From Candidatus Bathyarchaeota archaeon (GTDB taxonomy: Archaea; Thermoproteota; Bathyarchaeia; Bathyarchaeales; Bathycorpusculaceae), in NCBI GenBank assembly GCA_963739305.1, contig CAVTZU010000011.1, forward strand, positions 64,001-128,000: DNA of 64,000 bases. Direction: 5' to 3'. Both the position numbers and the translations under genes were made by a program. The notes under the pieces were generated by a model. The model made no database searches and was not told where the DNA came from. It saw only the letters and a list, made by a program, of their open reading frames with translations. Below are positions 10,251 through 17,887 of this stretch, in pieces. Numbering within the stretch: position 1 is the stretch's first letter; the number at the start of each line of letters is the position of its first letter.

Positions 10251-11116
10251 CTCATTCCCTTGAAGACGAGTCTGGTTCTCAAACGTGGATAAAAGTTCTC
10301 CGTGAACCTTATGAATGAAGTGGCGTTCTTCGACCTTGTGATCGTAAGGGACGGAAGCCTGGAAGTTACTCGCTTCTTGTAATGTCCGTCGATCAGCACC
10401 TGCGTGCTCCTCGGCTTGTTGACTTCGATCCTGAGTGTCGTGTCTGCAGGGAAAACTATCGGGCGGAAAATGCTTAAGGGGCACACTGGGGTGAGAACGA
10501 ACGCGTCGATGCACGGATCCAATACAGGTCCTCCCGCAGAGAGCGAGTAACCCGTGGATCCTGTCTGCGTTGCTACCATCAAGCCATCAGATTGGCACAC
10601 GACGATTGGTTCATCGTTCCTGAAAATCTTCGTGTAGAGTAGTTTGCCTGGTTCATCAGGAGAAACCACAACTTCATTCAAAGCGTCAGGAAACTGCGAG
10701 CTGTCAGCATTGATGGCAAGCTTCATACATTCTTCAATCCTAAACTTGCCTGCAAGTATTCTGTCGACCTTTGCCAAGGCATCTTCCGGTTCGACTTCAG
10801 TCAGAAAACCCCTGACTCCCATGTTCACACCGAGCAACGGTGGCTCGGGTTTGGGCAAAGAAATGCATGTCCTGAGTATTGTTCCGTCTCCGCCTATCGT
10901 TATGACAAAATCAGCCTTCATGCGGTCAAGTGGAACGAATGTTACATCGCCACTGACTTTCTTGGACAAAGTGTCTTCGACATAGACTTCCAGTCCCCGT
11001 GCTCTGAGGTGTTTGGCAAGATCTTCGGCGAGCGTGATCGCACGTTTCCTGTCGTAGCGAGCGACCAAGCCGACATTCTTGAACACGGTTTTCACCCTTG
11101 AGCCTAGTTCCGACAC
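10247..11116 (-). CDS. nadK: NAD kinase
   Basis: GGDGTIL, LNEV, DGLMVATQTGSTGYSLSAGGP. Confidence 0.95.
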   Translation of the reverse strand: MSELGSRVKTVFKNVGLVARYDRKRAITLAEDLAKHLRARGLEVYVEDTLSKKVSGDVTFVPLDRMKADFVITIGGDGTILRTCISLPKPEPPLLGVNMGVRGFLTEVEPEDALAKVDRILAGKFRIEECMKLAINADSSQFPDALNEVVVSPDEPGKLLYTKIFRNDEPIVVCQSDGLMVATQTGSTGYSLSAGGPVLDPCIDAFVLTPVCPLSIFRPIVFPADTTLRIEVNKPRSTQVLIDGHYKKRVTSRLPSLTITRSKNATSFIRFTENFYPRLRTRLVFKGMR

Positions 11117-11119
11117 TCT

Positions 11120-11147
11120 AATCTATATATGGGTGCTGTTTAAAATT
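11120..11147 (+). repeat. Direct repeat copy 1 (AATCTATATATGGGTGCTGTTTAAAATT)
   Basis: 27/28 identical to 15707-15734. Confidence 0.9.
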
Positions 11148-11172
11148 TGCGCGCGGTAAGAAACTGGGAGCC

Positions 11173-11298
11173 TTGCTTGAAAGGAAGAAAGGAGAGAAGG
11201 AAGACGTATTCTACTTAGATGAATTGCTCGATTTGATTCGTGAAGCATCTTTAGAAGACGAAACTGAAGCAAAGATGAGAAGGGTCACAGAGTCGTAG
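11173..11298 (+). CDS. Putative 41-aa charged microprotein
   Basis: TTG start after GGGAG; (M)LERKKGEKEDVFYLDELLDLIREASLEDETEAKMRRVTES. Confidence 0.4.
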   Translation: MLERKKGEKEDVFYLDELLDLIREASLEDETEAKMRRVTES

Positions 11299-11440
11299 CG
11301 CGCGCCACTTCATACACCAACCGACTTATTAACGCAGCAAGTGGTTCTTTACGCAGGGGTTAATCGTCTCACCTGTTTCCACCACGCCTAGTTAAGAAAA
11401 ACTGATATACCCACAGAACCAAGTCAGGATGAGCGATAAC

Positions 11441-12235
11441 ATGAGAAACTTGAATGGGAACAATCTGAGAATTGGTTTGCTGGCAATTCTTGTGTTAGCA
11501 GTATTTGCTCCCACAATGGTTCATGCCAAAGATTACACAGTTGGAGTCAAAGCTGGAGACTGGGTCAAGTATGGCCAAATCACGGTCAGCTGGACTGGAA
11601 ACGGAACCGAGCCTTCATACGTCGCAGAGACAAGGAAGATTGACTGGACGAGAATAGACGTCCTAAGCGTTGCGGGTACAACAGCCAGCTTGAACCAAAC
11701 TGTTCACTTCAACAACGGTACGCAAACGTCCCAAAGCTTGGACACAGACGTCCAAAGCAGTAACTCACCCGGAGCGTCATACCTCATCGCGTCCAACTTG
11801 ACAGCTGGAGACCCGATCAGGCCACAAACACCCGGAACCACCATAAATCAAACTGTGACCGGGCTGTACGCAGGAGGAAACAGAAACGTCAACATAATAG
11901 ACTTCAAAGGTAACCTGCCAGGAATGGGGGCGAACAACACGTTCGAATACAAGACATACTGGGACCAAAGCACCGGCGTCATGGTTGAACTATACATAAA
12001 CGCGACAGACATTACCAATTCTGGCGGGTACGAAGAAATCTCGTTCAAGGCAATTGAGACAAACCTGTGGTCAGCAAATACTCTTGACATTATACAGAAC
12101 AATTTAATCTATATCATTGCTGGAATAGCCGTCATAATAGTCATCGCGGCGGCAACTATCGTCCTCCGAAGAAGAAAACCCTCAACTTCCCAACAAGCTC
12201 CACCTCCTCCGACGCTTCCACCCCCGCCGCCATAA
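11441..12235 (+). CDS. Secreted, C-terminally anchored surface protein with Pro-rich tail (paralog A)
   Basis: Signal peptide (VHA-KD), GVKAGDWVKY, YWDQ.TGVMVE, TM helix, RRRK, poly-Pro tail; ATG at 11441 aligns with the paralog start at 56522. Confidence 0.85.
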   Translation: MRNLNGNNLRIGLLAILVLAVFAPTMVHAKDYTVGVKAGDWVKYGQITVSWTGNGTEPSYVAETRKIDWTRIDVLSVAGTTASLNQTVHFNNGTQTSQSLDTDVQSSNSPGASYLIASNLTAGDPIRPQTPGTTINQTVTGLYAGGNRNVNIIDFKGNLPGMGANNTFEYKTYWDQSTGVMVELYINATDITNSGGYEEISFKAIETNLWSANTLDIIQNNLIYIIAGIAVIIVIAAATIVLRRRKPSTSQQAPPPPTLPPPPP

Positions 12236-12548
12236 GACAGCAAAGCGCGCGTCTGATGACTTTGGGCGATGCTTCCGTATACAACTAACTCCAAGTATCA
12301 CAAGAAATACCACCGCCGAGCTGAATTGCCGCTCTCTTTCGTCAACTGATTCTAGTTTTCAGAGATAACTCGCTTTTCAGTGCGCGATTCAACCGCGCGC
12401 GTATGCTCAACGCGGTAATCCCCAGATGCACTTGTTACGTTATCAAGATCAAAAGAGCTTCAGAGCCCACTGTTCGTTTTTTGGTACAATGATGTTCTAA
12501 GGCTTAGCATTAAGCACTTCAGTGTTCTCATTGTTTTAGGGTGAAAAA

Positions 12549-13262
12549 ATGAAGAGACGAATGAAACTGGAACTAGTTTTGGCCATATTGATGACTCTTG
12601 CAATTGCGTCCCTGGCGATCTATGCGAGCCTGCCGAAAAATCCAGATAGAACCGTGCTGTACATTCAGTCAATTCGCAGCTATGGTTCGTCATCTTTTCA
12701 AGGCACGTCCACTCAACAAGTCATCACCGAGAACATTCAAGGTGAATTGAGAAAAGGGGAATTTGAGACCACAGTTGAAGGATTAAAGAATCTTACCTTG
12801 GTTTATGGTGGAAGAATCCCTAGTCTGCATATGGCCTATGACAATGAGTTATGGAGCGGAACACTGGAATGCAAATTGCCTACAGACAATGTTACATGGT
12901 TCACTTTTGAAGTCAGAAGACTCATCAACGCCCACGGAAAAGTCACGCACATCCTAATAGACGTGAATGAAGTTGAAGTGAACCAGACCCAGACGCCAGA
13001 AATACCACTCTCGGATATCAGCATCTACCTTCAAGAATACGTGGAAGGCTCATCACCTTTCATGAACCAACTTGGCGCAGTCGTTCCTCTGTTGACCACA
13101 GGTCTGCTTTGGATTGCCGAAGGACTCATCATCGCAGTGCCGCTATGCTTCGCGTGCCTCGGAGTCGTCCTAATTGTGAGCCGTGGAATACTTCCGGTCT
13201 GGAAGAGACAGTTCAGAAACAAAATCCCGGCAAAAGAAGTAGCACAAAAGGTCAGCAAGTAG
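12549..13262 (+). CDS. Membrane protein, DUF4349-like
   Basis: N-terminal TM helix, ferredoxin-like core (YGG.I...SGTLECKLP...GKV), ISIYLQE, then C-terminal TM region. Confidence 0.5.
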   Translation: MKRRMKLELVLAILMTLAIASLAIYASLPKNPDRTVLYIQSIRSYGSSSFQGTSTQQVITENIQGELRKGEFETTVEGLKNLTLVYGGRIPSLHMAYDNELWSGTLECKLPTDNVTWFTFEVRRLINAHGKVTHILIDVNEVEVNQTQTPEIPLSDISIYLQEYVEGSSPFMNQLGAVVPLLTTGLLWIAEGLIIAVPLCFACLGVVLIVSRGILPVWKRQFRNKIPAKEVAQKVSK

Positions 13263-13319
13263 CGCGCGCGCTCTATTCTATATTGGAACTTCCAGCTTTA
13301 TTTAAGGTCTGGATACACT

Positions 13320-13619
13320 ATGGTTGAGAAGAGGTTCAAATTATCTGCACGCATAAGTAGTGATAATTCATCAGCGATCAAGCCGGTGCTTGAACGAATC
13401 ATAGACAATGAAGGAACCATCAAGCCCACGGGCGAAGGATTTGAAGTCAACGCAGAGCTCAATGGAGAAAGCGCCAGGGACCTAAACCGCATGCTACTCT
13501 CAGAGATGCGTAAGGCCGAGAAGAAGACCAGAATCCGCGCAGAATGGACCTCGGGCAACACGATCGAAAGGTTCTTCGATTACGTGCCAAAGGCTAGCGC
13601 GCGCTGCGCAAAAACTTAA
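13320..13619 (+). CDS. Hypothetical protein
   Basis: 99-aa ORF with globular composition; TTTATTTAA box upstream. Confidence 0.65.
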   Translation: MVEKRFKLSARISSDNSSAIKPVLERIIDNEGTIKPTGEGFEVNAELNGESARDLNRMLLSEMRKAEKKTRIRAEWTSGNTIERFFDYVPKASARCAKT

Positions 13620-13654
13620 TTCCCTATTCTGACTATCTGAGTGTGGTGATTGCG

Positions 13655-13747
13655 TTGAGCACTGGAAGCACTAAGAAGAAACCAATGACTAAAAAGGAAA
13701 GAGAAGAGAAAAGAAGAAAGCACAAAGAGAAACGCTTGAAGAAGTAG
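13655..13747 (+). CDS. Putative 30-aa highly basic microprotein
   Basis: GGTGA Shine-Dalgarno 5 nt before TTG; (M)STGSTKKKPMTKKEREEKRRKHKEKRLKK. Confidence 0.45.
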   Translation: MSTGSTKKKPMTKKEREEKRRKHKEKRLKK

Positions 13748-13949
13748 GCTCAATCGTTGGGCATTGTTCATTCTTAGCAACCTTTTTGATCTCACGAATC
13801 CGCCTTTTTGCAAACTTTATAGTTCTTTGGGGCCTTTCTGCCGAAGAAATCACGAGTTGCTCTTCTAATAGACGAAAGGAATTAATCGCTTGGTTTTCTT
13901 CACGCAGTCGCGCTATTCTCGTGCGTGCGAAGACAATAGGGCGAGGTTT

Positions 13950-14507
13950 CTATTCGTAGAATATGAGGTTTTGTTCCTCCAATCTTTCGTGAAGCTTATG
14001 CACTGCGTCATAAACGTCCTGTTCTCTCTTCGCTCCAGTGCAAACAAGGTTCCCGCTTGCGAATATCAATATGACCACCTTAGGCTCGTCCATCCTGTAG
14101 ATCAATCCTGGAAACTGCTCCGGCTCATACATGGTTTTTCCAAGCGTGCTCGCCTCTTCCAACTCTATCCTTCCGCCCAAACTTGCTGAGGAAACTATGT
14201 TCTGAATCTTTGACTCGGGCTTGCTGATGATGATTATTCCGCCTTTTTTCAACTCTTTGACAACTGTCATAATAGCCCTGCGCGCCAATTTTTCCGATTT
14301 CGCTCCTGTGCAAACCATTTTTCCAGAGTTGAAAATCAGTGTAGCCGTCTTCGGTTTCTTAAGCCTAAACACAAGTCCCGGGAACTGTTCGGGACGATAT
14401 TCTGCGCTTGGATAACTCTTCACAATAGCGTTTAAGTCAATTTTCTGGTTTAGAGTGGCAGTGGCAACAACGTTCTGAATGATTACTATAGCTTTGGTCT
14501 TCGGCAT
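13950..14507 (-). CDS. tbp: TATA-box binding protein
   Basis: Two repeats of IQNxV...Y.PEQFPGL...LIF.SG..VCTGAK. Confidence 0.97.
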   Translation of the reverse strand: MPKTKAIVIIQNVVATATLNQKIDLNAIVKSYPSAEYRPEQFPGLVFRLKKPKTATLIFNSGKMVCTGAKSEKLARRAIMTVVKELKKGGIIIISKPESKIQNIVSSASLGGRIELEEASTLGKTMYEPEQFPGLIYRMDEPKVVILIFASGNLVCTGAKREQDVYDAVHKLHERLEEQNLIFYE

Positions 14508-14520
14508 TAGAAACCACTTC

Positions 14521-15198
14521 TTATGGTGCGCGCGTGCATTCGATGACGCTTAAGCTTCCGCTTCTCCCCAGTCGCAACTGCCTTTCACCTCTGAACCAGG
14601 TTACTTTGCCGTTCTTGACGTCAATTGCGTCGCCCTTGTGTACCATGCTGATCTGGTGGTTCCATAAACTCATTTTCATTGAACCTGTTTCGTCTTTGAT
14701 AAGTGCGTTTGATATACACGCAGTCGTTCCATATCTCGTGTAGACCATTTTAGATTCTGGAATCTCGAGCACCTCTGCTTTGAGGCTGACCTTTTTCATT
14801 CCAACTTTCAAGTTCCCAATCTTGGATGTTACACCCTCGAAATTCTTGACTGAGGAAGTTCTGGCCAAAATTGTTTCCGTGTAGCCTTCGAGCTGATTCT
14901 TTCCTCGCAAGATGGCAATCGATATAGGAAATTGAGCTACAACCTTTCGCGCGCGCTTTCGACCCTTGGTAAAGAGAAAAATCGCTGAATTTTTCGTCCT
15001 CTTACGACACTTTATAGCCAACGGCTTACATTCTGACCTGCCGTGATTCCAGGCTTCCACAATGCGATTGAAGAATTCACTAGCATCAACCTTATGCAAA
15101 ATCGCTATTTTAGCAAGGTTCTCCAGAATCCTTCTATCTTTGTATGAAAACATGCTGTCAAGAGGCCTGCCTCTACCTCTCCAAATTTGCTTAGCCAT
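14521..15198 (-). CDS. Unknown N-terminal domain fused to a crenarchaeal SSB-like OB fold
   Basis: C-terminal KIGNLKVGMKKV...IKDETGSMKMSLW...GDAIDVKNG.VTWFRGERQL resembles Sulfolobus-type SSB. Confidence 0.75.
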   Translation of the reverse strand: MAKQIWRGRGRPLDSMFSYKDRRILENLAKIAILHKVDASEFFNRIVEAWNHGRSECKPLAIKCRKRTKNSAIFLFTKGRKRARKVVAQFPISIAILRGKNQLEGYTETILARTSSVKNFEGVTSKIGNLKVGMKKVSLKAEVLEIPESKMVYTRYGTTACISNALIKDETGSMKMSLWNHQISMVHKGDAIDVKNGKVTWFRGERQLRLGRSGSLSVIECTRAP

Positions 15199-15706
15199 CT
15201 AACTTGTTTCCACTCTGTTGTTTTTGACTCGACAAATCCATCGCCAAAATAATAGATCTGACGCGCACATCTCAATATTCAACATCACATATATAGCTTG
15301 GGTGCTAGGCGCGAGGCATAAGTCAAGTCTTGTACTCGGACGCGCTACACACGCAGGTCTAGCGTTCTACTACAACTTAATTTTTCGCAATTTGCCAAGA
15401 CGGGCCTTAAGCCAGACCCGATCACTATCTCGGCCAATAACACTACGACCATGGCACGAATTGACAGAATAATCAAGTGAAGGTCGGTTTGGGGGAGTAG
15501 CATCGCTCCCGACTCCCCCTTCGCTCCGTGTAGTCGCTCCCCTATTGTCTCTAGGGAAAAGGTATGATGTTTTGTTTCGATCATGAAGTCGTTTGGCTCT
15601 CGCCAAACTCCCATCGATGCGAGTGACGCCGTTTGCTGACGGAAAACCTCGTGCGCTCAGAAGCCTTGGACGTCGACAATGTAAAGGTGCCGAAAAGTAA
15701 GTGCTA

Positions 15707-15734
15707 AATCTATATATGGGTGTTGTTTAAAATT
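15707..15734 (+). repeat. Direct repeat copy 2; overlaps the probable eIF5A promoter
   Basis: AATCTATATATGGGTGTTGTTTAAAATT, one mismatch against 11120-11147; contains TTTAAA. Confidence 0.9.
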
Positions 15735-15769
15735 GCTGTGGGTAGAGGTTATTTTAGGTTGGTGCAGGA

Positions 15770-16162
15770 ATGAGCAAACCTGTTGATGTGGGGAGCCTCA
15801 GAGTGGGAGGCTACATGATTATTGACGGTGAACCGTGTCACATAGTCGACATAACGAAGTCAAAACCTGGCAAACATGGTTCTGCCAAGTTTAGAATAGT
15901 GGCCATCGGCGTGTTTGACGGTCAAAAACGACAGTTTGTCAAGCCTGTGGATTTGGGCGCGGAGGTCCCGATTATTGACAAACGGATGGGTCAAGTGTAT
16001 GCTGTCACTCCAAGCGGTGTTCAGATAATGGATTTAGAGACGTATGAGTATTTTGACGCTCCATATCCACAAGAGGAAGAGCTTAAAGGTAAGCTTACCC
16101 AGGGCGCAGAAATCGAGTACTGGAAGATTCTGGGCAGAACGAAGATAATGCGCATAAAGTAG
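15770..16162 (+). CDS. eif5a: Translation factor aIF5A/eIF5A
   Basis: Hypusine motif SKPGKHGSAK. Confidence 0.97.
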   Translation: MSKPVDVGSLRVGGYMIIDGEPCHIVDITKSKPGKHGSAKFRIVAIGVFDGQKRQFVKPVDLGAEVPIIDKRMGQVYAVTPSGVQIMDLETYEYFDAPYPQEEELKGKLTQGAEIEYWKILGRTKIMRIK

Positions 16163-16181
16163 GCTGTTCACCGTTTAGGGT

Positions 16182-16412
16182 TTAGCTTTTTCCAGTGTAT
16201 TCCGTTCTCTTCTCAGTCCACCAATCCCAATGAAGCTTCAGAAAACTCACGTAAAGAACCAAGAGTATCGTCCCCCAGCTCAACGCAATTCCTGCTATTA
16301 CCAGTATTAGAGTTCCGCTAAGGTACGCGTAGCTCACCCAAGCACTGACGCTACACAAGCCAATGAGGATGAGTATGAATATCCCGAAATGGATGGCCCG
16401 TTCGCCTGGCAA
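16182..16412 (-). CDS. Small membrane protein (2 TM)
   Basis: Two hydrophobic helices. Confidence 0.55.
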   Translation of the reverse strand: MPGERAIHFGIFILILIGLCSVSAWVSYAYLSGTLILVIAGIALSWGTILLVLYVSFLKLHWDWWTEKRTEYTGKS

Positions 16413-16503
16413 CTATCTTCGCCTATTTCTAGAGATTAGCTCAGCTCTGTCGATAAAACATTTTCCGTCAAAGCTTATTTGACCCATTCACAACTTGTCT
16501 GCT

Positions 16504-16560
16504 AGCCGATGATGAAAAGAAGAGCCGTCTGATTCGTGACGACAATCAAGTGCTGAGGCT
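16504..16560 (+). ncRNA. C/D-box methylation guide sRNA
   Basis: AGCC stem, C box ATGATGA (16509-15), 13-nt guide, D' CTGA (16529-32), C' GTGACGA (16536-42), 10-nt guide, D CTGA (16553-56), GGCT stem; intergenic. Confidence 0.88.
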
Positions 16561-16586
16561 TTGTTAATTCTGTCGTAGACTTTATC

Positions 16587-17015
16587 CTAGTGCTTTCGTG
16601 GTAAGTGAATCTCTAATAACCTCTTCTTGTAGTGGACGCCTATCTTATCCATATTGACTGGAACCGGGATGTGCATATAGCTGTGATATTTCTGGAATTC
16701 CCCCGTGCAATGTGTTACTCCGAGCTCATGCAGCTTTATGACGCGGTTCATTTTTGCGGATATTTCAAGCGTGTTTTTACCTGCAGGTTTGACCTTCACT
16801 GTGCCTTTGCTCGTAAACGGCAAGTCGACGGTAATGAGAACTTCAGTTGGGGTGATCACAGTTTCGCGCAAGGGTTCTAATGAACAGTCCCGAAGGTCCC
16901 AGCTTGGTCTTTCAGCAAGAGGTCCTCCGAATTCCTCAACCCACTGATCAATGTTCTGGAAATACTCATCTATCATCTCAGAGAATGAACGTCTCTTTCT
17001 AATACTCATGTGCAT
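16587..17015 (-). CDS. Small heat shock protein (Hsp20-like)
   Basis: EPL...EVLITVDLP...LEISA...IPVPV...YKKRLLEIHLP alpha-crystallin pattern. Confidence 0.75.
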   Translation of the reverse strand: MHMSIRKRRSFSEMIDEYFQNIDQWVEEFGGPLAERPSWDLRDCSLEPLRETVITPTEVLITVDLPFTSKGTVKVKPAGKNTLEISAKMNRVIKLHELGVTHCTGEFQKYHSYMHIPVPVNMDKIGVHYKKRLLEIHLPRKH

Positions 17016-17023
17016 CCTTCTCC

Positions 17024-17770
17024 TTACGAAACGTACATCGGAATGTCTAGTTCTTGGCCCTTCTTCATTTTGCCCATTTCTTCCTGCGTTCTCTTCATCA
17101 CGTCTCTGGCTCTCAATCGGATTTCCTCGCCTTTCTCTAACAACTTTGTAACGTCCACTTTCACGTCGACTATTTTTCCCAAGCTCTTGAGAACTTCCGC
17201 GGCTGCTTCAGGGTCTGGATAATTATAGAAGCATTGAGACAACAGCGCCAAAGCAGGTGTTTCCGTGTTTGCGGCGCGTTGTAGCATGATGGCTTGAGGG
17301 CCGACTATGTATCCTTCTGTCAAAGGTTCGACGTTTTTGTCTTCAACTAGTTTCAGTGCTTCTGGGCTTGAGGCTGCCGCAAAGGATTTCAGCTCTGTTG
17401 CGTCCTGTCTGTCTTGGAGAGGAATTCCGCCGAGAGAGATCATCATTTTGACGTTCTTGCTCTTGCCCCACTCTATCAGGGCATCCATCACTGGGTACAC
17501 GATGTCAACCGGTATAGGTACTTCGGAAATTGTCAGGAGGATTTTTTCATCTCCAAAGATTCTGATTGAGGAATGGGGTAACCCGTTATGGAGGACAACG
17601 AGAGGCGGAAGAATTTTAGACTCTAAGTAGGCGACTTCCGACAAGTTCAGTTCTTCAACCAGATATGAGGCGGCGATCACTCCAACCAATCCAACGTCGG
17701 GAAACCCGAAAATCAACGTAGCTCCGGATGGAACTTTGCCCTTCTCGATTATTTCTACTCTTTCGCTCAA
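17024..17770 (-). CDS. Proteasome assembly chaperone (PAC2 family)
   Basis: GFPDVGLVGVIA, ISLGG, PDPEAAA. Confidence 0.88.
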   Translation of the reverse strand: MSERVEIIEKGKVPSGATLIFGFPDVGLVGVIAASYLVEELNLSEVAYLESKILPPLVVLHNGLPHSSIRIFGDEKILLTISEVPIPVDIVYPVMDALIEWGKSKNVKMMISLGGIPLQDRQDATELKSFAAASSPEALKLVEDKNVEPLTEGYIVGPQAIMLQRAANTETPALALLSQCFYNYPDPEAAAEVLKSLGKIVDVKVDVTKLLEKGEEIRLRARDVMKRTQEEMGKMKKGQELDIPMYVS

Positions 17771-17887
17771 GTTTTTCCCTCAGGTCATTCTATGAGTTTT
17801 GTGAAATGTAAAAGGTTTATGGAATCTCCTCCTTTGGGAACGATATAGCTATTAAAGACTTGAAAGTCTCTAGAACTGGAATAGGCC

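Noticed and set aside
10251-10514. N-terminal extension of Nob1
   Set aside because: It overlaps nadK in another frame; the coupled GTG at 10250 fits better.
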